A stretch of DNA of 63,329 nucleotides, the filler included, from Folioceros fuciformis (Eukaryota), in NCBI GenBank assembly GCA_049999805.1. It is 13 parts of 13 records of this genome, joined end to end, with 100 filler letters (N's around TTAATTAATTAA, not from the genome) between each part and the next. Parts side by side here need not be neighbours in the genome. Positions count along the whole stretch, not along the records: positions 5,559 to 12,729 come from JBNGIO010001792.1; positions 12,830 to 14,346 come from JBNGIO010001793.1; positions 14,447 to 30,094 come from JBNGIO010001794.1; 10 more parts are not named here. One strand, 5' to 3'. Position numbers and translations under genes: made by a program. Position 1 is the stretch's first letter. Each line of letters opens with the position of its first letter. Under the pieces are notes generated by a model that worked only from the letters and a program-made list of their open reading frames with translations, made no database searches and had not been told where the DNA came from. Positions 12,037-23,077 of this stretch are shown one piece after another.

Positions 12037-13141
12037 ATATCATTACGGGACAATTAATCTGACCGTAACCCCACCTAGTAGTTACTCACTACTCTTAGTG
12101 ATAGGACACCACGAAAGGGTGTAACCCTTCACGAAGGGTCACACCGACCATCCTATGTAAACAGACCTCCGAAAAACCTTTTGTACCTCTTTTCTTAATA
12201 ATGCAATATGTGTCTTACTTAGCAAACTAGAGGCACAACATCCTACTACTAGGATCTAAATATGGTATCAAAGCTTCTTTTATAATTGTCTCTGCAGTAT
12301 GGTTGGGCATCTGTTGTCGAGTAGTGTACGACCCCTCAGCAACCCCCTCGGTAGATCTGTAGAAGATAGCATGGACCCAATCCATCAGTTGAGAGCAAAT
12401 CCAAATTGATGGATTAAAAAAAAACAATAAAAATGATAGATGCATCCTAGAATGGCTAGGATGGGCATGGCCCCCCAAGCCATAAATAATAAATCGAATG
12501 AACAGTAGTCGAGGGTCCCCCATCCGGGTCCTGGTCAAGTGTTAAGGTGCTTAAATGCTAAATTCTAATACAAGTCATGACACCAGCCCCCATACCCTTT
12601 GGGCTTGAAGGTAATGGCCCTTAGATCTAACATATAAATGGTTAGGCCCACATATGGATTTAAAAGTGGAGATGTGGGACAGGCGGGGCACCCCTCCCCC
12701 TCCCTTCTCCAGTTTCCGCTCCTCAGCCCNNNNNNNNNNNNNNNNNNNNNNNNNNNNNNNNNNNNNNNNNNNNTTAATTAATTAANNNNNNNNNNNNNNN
12801 NNNNNNNNNNNNNNNNNNNNNNNNNNNNNGAATATATATATATATATGATCCTACCTACCTACTCATATTTATAAGCTGTGAAATATAAATAAATATTAA
12901 CAATAATTTAAAAAAAAAACCTAATACATAAAAGTTTACCAAGAAACATTCTTTACTAAACAATAGCCTCATGACCACAGGATGCTCATAGCTTTATTAT
13001 AAATGTGAAAAAAAAAACATGCATAAAAATATTAGTGTTTGTTGGGATATTAATTATTTCAAGAAATTAATCTGATCTTATTATTATTAAAAAGTAATAA
13101 GATAAAATATTGATGGAATCAAATCTTTTGCTTCTAAGGTA

Positions 13142-14346
13142 TCAAAAATTGAGCTGGTGAGTTCGTGGAGGAAACGGAGTGGTGTTAGTAGGAACACTTT
13201 GCTTATCCAAAAAAAACCATCTTTTCACATTTTCTATGAAAGAAACTATCTTATCTTGTCGTAATATGTCTAATATGGGTGGCCGATAAGGAGGTAAAAT
13301 GTCATCCACCTGTATTAAATTTTTGGAATTAAAATTTAAAATTAATGATGTTATGTAAAATATGGACCATAGCTTGAAAAAATAAAAACACAATACCTTC
13401 ATAGTTGGTGCATCATAAATTTCAAGCTTGGGACAATATAGCTCCACGGTGTACATCTCTTTGGACCGTGAAAGATCCAATTCTTCAAGCACATCACTCC
13501 AGACTAGCAGAAAATTTAGCTTCTCGCAGTATCCCATGTCTAGTTTTTGGAGACCCCTTGATAGTATCATAGCTTTCCTTAAATTTGAGCAACGGTATAG
13601 TGATAGTTTCTCCAATGTCTTAGACTGCCCAATTTGATCAAAAGTTTGCATGTCAGTCACTCACTGGCTTGCTTGTAGCTAACCACGCAAATGTAGCAAC
13701 CATTGTCAAACCAAAGAGGCTTTGGTTTCATACCTAATCTAGAAGCCAACATCAACCCTAATTCCATGGATTGCCCAGTAGGAATTGTGAAGATTTTATC
13801 CTACTCTAATGCACATTTGCAACTACATGTTCTTTCTTTCTTTCTTTCTTTCTTTCTTCGTTGTTGATGCCAAGATGAAGATGTGATTTTCATACAAAGT
13901 TTGCTATCTTCATTCATTACCTAAGAAGGATACCATTTGAAGCTTCCCTTTTGCATGGTGTGCACTATGTTGATCAAAGTTTTCTTTGAAACGGAACGTG
14001 ATTCATTCATTCATTCTTGTGGGATACAAACCTCTATGAGCACGTACTCCAGCATACAACAATATGAAAGGTCAAGTATCTTCAAAGATGATGCAAGTGA
14101 AGCTGGTGATAGGATAAATCGAGTAATAATCTTGCATCCTCTTAATACAAGCCTATCCTATAACACTCAAGACATTTTATTAAAACGCAAGCAAATCTTG
14201 TGTGGAAATGAAGACAATATCATGATTGAATATTCAGTTAACACCATATTAGCATGGTATAGTACCAATTTCGGCCTCGGAAAAGCAAACAACTCTTGGA
14301 TGTACGAGTTGGGTAAATCTGCGCTCCATATCATGGTAATCTGCAG
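13142..14346 (-). pseudogene. Leucine-rich repeat (F-box/LRR-like) gene remnant
   Basis: Cys-containing LRRs: LEKLSLYRCSNL, LQKLDMGYCEKL, LEELDLSRS, and upstream LVLRGCKII..LKILDLSYCCML with in-frame stops. 87-nt GT-AG intron at 13310-13396. Truncated by the contig end. Confidence 0.65.
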
Positions 14347-14677
14347 NNNNNNNNNNNNNNNNNNNNNNNNNNNNNNNNNNNNNNNNNNNNTTAATTAATT
14401 AANNNNNNNNNNNNNNNNNNNNNNNNNNNNNNNNNNNNNNNNNNNNGAGTGAGTGTGTGCGTGTCAGTGTACATGTTTGTTGGAGAGAGGGAGAGGTTTG
14501 AGGAGCAATAAGTGCTCTGCGTGTTGGTGTGAGTAGCTTGGGGTTGTGCGATTGGCAAGATCTGTGTGGTGTGAAGGAGTGGAAGAGAGTGAGGCAGTAG
14601 AAGTAGAGGAGAAGAGTCGAGTCGAGCTGAGCTGAGCTGAGCGGGGCGGGGCGGGAGTGAAATTTTCGGGAGGCCGG

Positions 14678-16198
14678 ATGTTAGACCGGATGTCTTGCCC
14701 GAGGTGGAGGAGGAAGCGGGGGTACGCCATGGGTGACACGTTGCAGATGTACCGCACTGGGTGGAGCTTTTCTGATGCGGACGGCTGCAGATCTGCGCTC
14801 GGTATCGGAGAGGGGGATGCTTCCATGTGGGAGATGATCGACCGCTCCGAGAAGCTGTCCAAGGTGGACACGGTGGCCAGCAACGTGCTGCCCCGGCAGT
14901 TTGGAGAATTCACTGAGGAGGCGCGGCGGCACCGGTGTGCGGACGACGTTGGAACGTTTGATGATGGAGTGGACTTGGCCGGAATGGCTGTTGAGGAGGA
15001 GGAAGAGCACGAGGTGGAGACGCTCGAGGAGGCGGAGATGGAGTGTGAGGAGTCGGGGGGTGTAGAAAATTCCGCTGCTGCCTGGGGCGACTTGCCCGAT
15101 GACTTGCAAATAGGCATCTTGGCTTACGTGCCTTTCACAAAGCTGCTGCAAGCTCGCTCCGTGTGCAAGGCTTGGAATTCGCTGATTCTTTCTCCCGAAT
15201 TCGGCAAGATCCATGTGGATAAGCCGGGCGCTGTCTGTAAATCCTACTTCCCCATGTTTCTGCAGAAGAAGGGGAAGAGGCAGGTTGTGGCGTATGAGTT
15301 TGGCGCGCAGAAGTGGCGGAGGCTTCCCTTCTTCTCGTTTCTGCCGTCGGACGTAAACCACATGAACCGGCGAAGGAGGCAGACGCTGTTCCCCATTTTT
15401 GGCGCCGGCGGCCTCCTGTGTTGCACCAAGGAGGCGCCCGACGGCGGCTGTGTCTTGACTGTGTTTAATCCGCTCACCAGATCCTGGAAGGAGCTCCCGC
15501 TTGTGGCCGCCAAGCTGTCGTCCGACGACTGCTTTCATATGGTGGCGCAGGATGAGCAAGATGGGGCCAAGTCCTTCCAAATCGTGGCCGCACAGGGTGA
15601 CAGGTCTAAAGAGATCTACGTTTACAGCTCCATCTCCAATTCCTGGCTGGTAATTCCTCTTCCTGTCCGGTGCCAGGGCTGGAGCTTTTTGGGGCGCACC
15701 ACCATCTGCAACGGAATGATCTACTGTGTAATCGGAGCCGCCGACATTATAGCTTACGATTTGCAGCAGCGGGTGTGGATCGATGTATTGGACACCTTGC
15801 CAGACGGATTTTTCCTGCTCAAGCGCCTCATAGCTTGTGACGGCCAGCTATTCTGCGTGGCTGTCAGGCGCCATTTCGAGTTCCATTCTTTCGTCCTGCG
15901 CCTCAAGCTGGACACTTTGGAATGGGTGGTGGCATCCCAATTTCCCAACGATCTGCACGGCTATCCTGCCAACCTCCATTGCCGGGAGTTGTCTCCCAAC
16001 GCGCAATGCGTCGCGCATCAAGGTCGCCTATGCTTCACAGATAGGATCGCAGAGCGGTGGATCATGCTAGTCTACGACATCTCCAAGCAAGCCTGGAGCC
16101 TCTTGCCCTCCTGCCCTTACTTCAACAACACCGAGTCTGGCGAGTATCAGGTCGTGTCCTCTGCCTTCCAGCCCAATTTTGGGGTCACACTCAGTTGA
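14678..16198 (+). CDS. F-box/kelch-repeat-like protein, intronless
   Basis: F-box WGDLPDDLQIGILAYVP...ARSVCKAWNSLI, followed by AGGLLC, VFNPLTRSWKELP, VYSSISNSW, AYDLQQRVW and a C-terminal FQPNF motif. Acidic N-terminal extension. First in-frame ATG at 14678. Confidence 0.92.
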   Translation: MLDRMSCPRWRRKRGYAMGDTLQMYRTGWSFSDADGCRSALGIGEGDASMWEMIDRSEKLSKVDTVASNVLPRQFGEFTEEARRHRCADDVGTFDDGVDLAGMAVEEEEEHEVETLEEAEMECEESGGVENSAAAWGDLPDDLQIGILAYVPFTKLLQARSVCKAWNSLILSPEFGKIHVDKPGAVCKSYFPMFLQKKGKRQVVAYEFGAQKWRRLPFFSFLPSDVNHMNRRRRQTLFPIFGAGGLLCCTKEAPDGGCVLTVFNPLTRSWKELPLVAAKLSSDDCFHMVAQDEQDGAKSFQIVAAQGDRSKEIYVYSSISNSWLVIPLPVRCQGWSFLGRTTICNGMIYCVIGAADIIAYDLQQRVWIDVLDTLPDGFFLLKRLIACDGQLFCVAVRRHFEFHSFVLRLKLDTLEWVVASQFPNDLHGYPANLHCRELSPNAQCVAHQGRLCFTDRIAERWIMLVYDISKQAWSLLPSCPYFNNTESGEYQVVSSAFQPNFGVTLS

Positions 16199-17262
16199 TC
16201 CATACTGCGCCTTTGCCTGTACCATTATTATGTGTATGAATACCTGGCTCGCTAATTTTATTAGGGCTGCTTCCTTCAGATGTAGTCCGAGCCTTTCCTT
16301 GTACGTCAGCGACCCCTGCTGCAAACCGGGGTCTGAAAGTATAACATATATATGCCATACCAGCACTAGTTTCAACTTCCGTTTTGATGTTGAATGTTTG
16401 AGCCTCCTACCTATATTTTAGCTCAGCTTACCATACGCTAGCGAAAGGCAACGTAGCCTAGGCGTAGTTTATCCTTCCTGGAAATTGTAAGAGTCGGAGA
16501 CCATAATACGGCCCTCCCTGTGTATCGTATCTATGATGCCTCTGCTTCCATCCCTGCCTGTAACACTATTTTTGTAGTGGAATTTAGCAGGGGACACAGA
16601 TTGTATTGTGGGTGCTGTGAGGAGTGAAGTGGGACCTGGTATACTTTCAGCTCCTGTATTCAGCCTTGGAAGGACCAACAACAGCGAGCCAGCTGCACAC
16701 CAAGAGTTGGAGACTTGAAACCTTCGTTCCTGTAATCAAGGCCACTTCACGTTCATCTGTGCACGCATGTTTGTGTTTTCGTTTTGTTTATGGCATCTCT
16801 CGACTAGTCCCGTGCTCTGCTGTGCTCCTGAAAAGATGCTGCTGCACTGCTGCTTCTCTCTCCCAAACCAGGTTCTGTCTGTTGTGCGTGTGAAGTAAAC
16901 TGGGATTCAGTTTCTTAACATATGTTTCGTACCCCCTTGATGCGTGTCAGGATGGCAAGCTGAAGAGAGAGTACTTTTTTGCGTGATTTGCCCTTGTCCT
17001 AGATATTCCTTGCACTCCTTTTCGTCCCACGACGTTTCACTATGGTCTTGGTTTTTTACAGGCTTTGATCCCATTCCATGTGACTGTCCGGACACCGCAG
17101 CAGCAGGCTGCAGCGATTGTCTCTTTCCCCCACCGTCTTCACCCGTCGTGGCCCTTCCCTCCAGTCCGCCTCTCTTGCACTTGTTCCCCACGGGCCACAC
17201 TGACCTGATCCGAGCCTTCTTACACCTCTCATCACCAGCTCCTCAAAGCTCAAGACCTAGCT

Positions 17263-17346
17263 ATGTATGTACAGTGCGTACATACAGATGTATGTACAGT
17301 GCGTACATACAGATGTATGTACAGTGCGTACATACAGATGTATGTA
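17263..17346. repeat. 25-bp tandem repeat, ~3.3 copies, internally palindromic
   Basis: Unit ATGTATGTACAGTGCGTACATACAG repeated perfectly. Confidence 0.95.
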
Positions 17347-20300
17347 TTCAGGTGCCTGCATCGAACAGGAGCAGGAGTGGTGTGTTGGCTGTGCAAGGGA
17401 GTAAAAACAAAGCGGGGCTACAATTCCACGGGTGGCTACACGACAGGTTAGATTCCCTCAACTTTGGCAGCTATAGCAGCTAGCTTCAGCTGTTGCCGCT
17501 ATCTGCTTCTGATCGCTGCATTTCAAATGTTTACTGCCAACGAACGAACGGAAACGAATGATGGAATGAATGAGTGGCTAGGTCTACATCTCTCAAAGAG
17601 AGAGAGGGGGGGGGGGCACTGGGTGGTTATTACCTCAGGCTTTGTGCTGCCTGTGGGTGAAGCAGATAAGACTTTGGGAAGTGGGTTTGACCCTGCCGGG
17701 AAAGAAACAACGCACAACGTGTGGGCCACTGCGGGACACACGCCGGATCTGATTGTGCCAACTGGTGCGGCATGCAATTTCGGCCTGCCTTTCCGTCCAA
17801 GGGTGCAGCCATGGGCCATGAGAGTGTGGAGTGTGGGTGGGGAGCCTAGGAGGGTGCTTCACCTCCAGACAAAAGCCACACACGTCACGTTGCAGCACCT
17901 GGAAAGGAAAGGAAATGAAATGAAAGGCAAGGAAAGGAAGGAACAGTACCAGTACTGGGATGGGATGCCTGCCCCCTATCACCTTCACCACTTGCAATTC
18001 GCCTGCCCGCCTGCCCGCCTGCCCGCCTGCCTGCTTGCATGTGCAACCTAGAATACAGTTTTTCCCAGTTGGGACGTTGGAGGACCTAGTTCAATCTTTT
18101 CTTGGGTGGCCCACCGTGCCCTCTAATTTTTTTATTTTTTGCAGGAAACCCAGAGGAGAAGCTCCAGCACACCAACTTCCCTTCCCAAAGTCTGGAGTCC
18201 ACATGGCCTCGACTAACTCAACGCTCTTTTGTGTGTGACCCCACAACTTCTACTCTAAGCCCGAACCTTGCCAACAAACCGTTTCAACTTTGCCTGTGGC
18301 TTGTGAGGGAGATCTTTGACCACATTCTGCCTTATCTTCATGCTTATCTTGACCCAGGGCAGGAGGTCTAGCGTCGGCAACCTCCAGGACTCCAAGTCCT
18401 ATCATGTCCTCACCTGCCTTGAATGCAGGACTGGGTCCAGCTCATGTGATCACGTACTTCTAGGACCCGGGCCCGGGCAGCAAACAAGCAAGCAAGTAAG
18501 CACTACGATTCGCAATCTTGCAATCAGCTCAGTATCACGGACTCCTAACTGTGGCAGTCCTCAAGACGAGAGAGACTGGACAAGGCAATCGACACCTCAG
18601 GTGGTCGTGGTACCTGCCATAGCAGGTGCTCTGGCACGGTAGTCAATAACGGAGAGGCAAGTTGCATCTGCACCTGCGATTTCACCTCACTGGTACTATA
18701 ATATCAGTTGTTGCCCGAGGCCAGAATAAAGCCATCCCCTCTGGAAGGGATGAAAGCAACCGCTCACAACTGTAGAATGCCGTGTAGCTGTCCAAGTCCT
18801 GGCGGGCTACGTCGACACTTCACCCAGAAATGGAAAGGTGCACAGGGACTCGACTCGCCAGGAGCATATCTCTGCCACGTCTCTGCTGCTCGTCGCTGTG
18901 CACATTAAACAATAGCCCAGAACGTACAATTAGTCTTTCTTCAACACTCCAGCTAGCTTGCTAGCCAGCTACGTAGCCTTCCGAACAGCGGAGGATTGGT
19001 AACAGGTGTGAGCAACCACATCGCTCGACAGCGCAAGCAGCTGCAAACGCAAACCAAAAAAAAACCAAACCTGTGTGAATAATATGAGAACACCCTCGAC
19101 TTTTCAAGCCCAAGCCTTAACCTTAAAGGAAGCTGACAGTTTGATGACTTAGTCTTGGACCACCAGCTGGAATTGCCAACCGTCCGTGGCCGTATACTCA
19201 CACGAGTCACACCGTCCACACCAAGTAATCGATGGGATCCAAGAACTGCACCAGGCTCAGTCCCTGCAGCTGCTCACCAGGAACGCATCGCCTTCCTTTC
19301 CTCCTGATGAGAGCTAGTCGTTTGAAGATCTCCCTTCCACATTCAGGATTGAACAAACATACCACAGAGCTGTGAGGATGGTAGTAGTACTTCAGCCTTG
19401 AGGTGAAGGTTGAGACCTCTCAGAAATCTCGAGAAAGGAAGGAAAGAAGGAAGGAAGGAACTTCAACAACGCCTTCAGGGAGCGTAGCCGTCTAGAGCGA
19501 TACATGCGGCTTTGATAACAATCACAGTATGTTCCGGCTGCGATTACAAGAAGCTCAGGAGGATTGTATGCTGTGTGAGAAGTTCATGATTTCCTGAAAA
19601 CTGAATTGGCCAGGGGAAGGCTGCAAAGGGTAGAGTTGTCCACATGTCTCTCTCCAGCCATTGCCAGCAACTGCAAACAGCGGCCGCCACGGATTTAAGA
19701 CCTGCCCGAAGCCGAGACTTACGCAACTTCTTCCTTCAAACAGTGTTTCCAGGCGCAATCCATCGCAATTACGTAACACCTAATCAGCATTCGCGTGCTG
19801 AAATGTCGAGATGCCGGATCTGAGTTGCAGCGTACAGTATAAAAAGCATATGAAGCCAGTGGCAGGGTTGAGATGATAAGACAGACGCAGACGCAGACGG
19901 GCCGGGCAGAAAACTCCGCATATGGAGAGACGACAAGAGCGGATGCCGGGGTGTGCGCGGGCACATACAATACTGTATGCTTTGAGCAAACACCAAAGAC
20001 GGCATGCGATGCGGCATGCTCTAGTGCGGCCCTACCGACGAGACGAAGCTGGAGGATTGTGATGCCAACGCACGAGGAGGGTCCTCCGGGGTTGGCACGC
20101 CGCCCTATTTTTCAATGCTTTCTCCTATTTTGAGCTGCCTGATTTCATGGATCTTCGAAGCTTGCACATGTCAGCTCAGGGTGCACTTGCGCTTGGGACT
20201 TCTCTCCCGTCAAACCTATCCTTCACTGCTCACAGCCTCATGGGAGCACTGTGACAATGGTACGAGACCTTGGGACCCTGCCGCCCACGCATTAACTGTG

Positions 20301-21325
20301 AGAATCATGTAATGCCGTCGCATCTTGGCGTCAGGGGAATCAAACAAGACCTTCGCATCCTTGTGATCATGGGAAGAGTAAGACCAGTTCTTGGAATCGC
20401 ATCAGACACCAGGACGGTGACCGAGCTCACATGTTTGTATTGTATCACCAAACGGATCAGGCGTGCCTAGCCTGACTGAGCTCGCTGGCAGCTGTTACTC
20501 TAATTTATTTACGTCAGTCACGCGATGACTTGCCCTCGCGGCCCCCCCGCCGACTCTCTGTTATGTTGGCACCAAATGGGTCCAAACGACCTGGCGTAGG
20601 CGCACGACGCAACTGTGTTGTATTGTATTGTATTTTATTGTTTAGGCTTTTCTTTGGGTGACTTACAAACTTGGGCTTCCCAGCGCTGATTCCGCATGGC
20701 TTCAGACCTGACATTATTTTCTTTTCTTTTATTTATTATAATCTTAAAATAAACACAATTTCTTCGTTTTTTAATCCTGAATTGATATGAAGCTAGAAGG
20801 AGAAGGCTCCTTCTTGACTTCTGGTCTCACAACTAGATTCCTTCACTCCATAATCATTTAAGATGAATTTCATACCCTAAGAGTAGATAAAAAATATAAC
20901 AATCTTCTCCACTAGACGTTATGGCCAACTTGGATGAGATAAAGCATTAGGATAAGCCAAATTTGCCATAAACACACCATGAACTTGGATAAAATTCATC
21001 TCCTAATCTATGTTTACTTCTAATAAAATCTTTTTGTACTAGTCCACTCACTTTAATCAAAATGCATGTAATATTGGACTCTTGACTGCACTAATTTTTA
21101 AGAAGTAGAAGTAAAAGAATGTAATTACTCCATGTAAAATCATTGACACTAGCAAGCTACCGATTGTGATATTGAGGCTCTATTGAAAGTGGTATCGTTA
21201 CCTTTCAACAAAGACCCTTAGCCTCTCCAACATTGCATGAAATTACAAGGTGGGTCCCACCAAAAAGTTGGGTTTGCAATGCATTGGTAGGTCACACTAT
21301 GTCGAGCCTTAAAATCTATCACACC

Positions 21326-21485
21326 ATGACACAACATGTCCTACAATGACACAACATGTCCTACAATGACACCAAATATGATACCACGACACAAGATGTC
21401 CTACAATGACACCAAATGTCGTGGTGGGTCTATCACAACACAAGATGTCCTACAATGACATCAGATGTCGTGGTGGATCTATCAC
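21326..21485. repeat. Degenerate minisatellite built from ACACAA(C/G)ATGTCCTACAATGAC units
   Basis: Four copies of ATGTCCTACAATGAC and two of ATGTCGTGGTGG.TCTATCAC. Confidence 0.85.
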
Positions 21486-23077
21486 TTTTTCCATGACAGC
21501 TACATGTATATCCAAAACCAAAGATTCTCATTTGGTGTTCCCTTGAGAATGACATTAAATGGGTTTTGAGGTTACTAGGTTTCACAATGACACGCATTAT
21601 GGATTTAGGGTTTAAGGTTGAGATTTTCTTCCATGCTACATCTTTCGACATCCTATCTATTAGACTATCATATTCCAGCCACAAGTTTACATTGTTAGAC
21701 TACCTCTCTTCACTTAGCCATACATGTGCATGTTCTTTTTTAGAGTTGTCTTCTCATCTTCTTTTTGAAGTGCACCATTTTAAGGAGATGAATGTACATT
21801 TTTTTTTGAATAACCTCTTTTCAACTCTTAGTATGCAATTTTTAATTTTTGGTGGCTCTTCCATCTTAGTGGACATAAACATAAATTTTAAATACTCAAA
21901 GTATAAATAAAATCATTATAGTCCTAAATAACCAAATATGTATGTATGTGTCTACGTGCACACTCCAACGTTAAAACCGTCTGTCTTAATATATAGGGCT
22001 CTACCATTAGTCGGGTTTACTCCATATCCTTGGTATTAGCACCCGACTTTTTCCTCCTTTCTTTTTTTTTTCTTTTCTCTTTTTCTGTTTTAGGATTCTC
22101 CTCAACGAGCCCTGCTTTGACCTTCAGCAATTTCCAGGGATGGTTGGGATTCCATAGCCTTCGCATCCCCATCTCCACTTGGCCCTGCCATGCGTGAGCA
22201 GGGATGGTTGGGATTCTACACCCATTCCATCTCCACTTGGTCCTCCATGACCACTTTTCGGGTCTGCAACTTGCACAATCAGACAATGAGAGGACCGTTT
22301 GGACAACCGGTGACACGGTGTCCATAGTGGGCACACTCTTGCATCATGCAGAAGGAGAGGAGAACTTGTTTGATTTGGAACAGGATTGATCTTTAAACTT
22401 CACCAATGCGACAATGAAGAACCGGAAACAAGAGCACGGGCATGGGCATCCACGCCCATGCCTTCCAGGTAGACAGAGCAAGACGGAAAGCGTCCGGACA
22501 CCTTGTTGGATCACTCTTCCTAACTCAGACAACATGAGGCCGCTGCATGTGCATCGTAAAGCGCAAGTCGTTCAACCACCTGCCTTTGGGGCAGCGCACC
22601 GGGAACGCTGGTGCTTATGAGTTCGCTACTCAACATCAACAACCATGTCATGGTTCTGCTGCAAGACAACACCCGAGGATCAATCTCCTTGTGAATGTCC
22701 TTGATGCACAAACCGCAAAACCAGCTCTTGCCTGACACAGGCAAAACTTACTTCGACAACATGTGACCTTAACCTAAAGCAAGCTCCATGGGCCTTGCGT
22801 TTCATTACACTCTATCAATCCAGACTTTCGGAAGCGTCATGCTTGCAAAGCCAGTGCCAGTCCCCAGCAGTTGGCTGGAACGCATCTGGAGCGCATGTAA
22901 TGCAGAGCCAGTCATAAATAGGTGGCGCCCACATCTTGCGCCAGTTTCAAAGCGTCCGAGTTACACGTCCTCGCTGAACCTTGCCCGTTTCTGCGTTGTA
23001 ATCGACAGGAGTAAGGATTAGTTTAAACGTACAGGCTAGATTGTCCATCAACTCACGTTGTAACAACGAAGTTCTCG

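Noticed and set aside
14464-15580. Long minus-strand ORFs (217 and 299 aa)
   Set aside because: Shadow frames of the GC-rich F-box CDS.
20640-22000. AT-rich block with a Helitron-like 5' end on the minus strand (CCTATATATTAA near 21997)
   Set aside because: No convincing 3' hairpin plus CTRR end or Rep/helicase remnant found.
22520-22732. Possible extra last exon of the SET gene
   Set aside because: It has an acceptor-like TGTCAG, but the preceding exon already ends in an in-frame TGA at 23078 and the peptide is unrecognisable.
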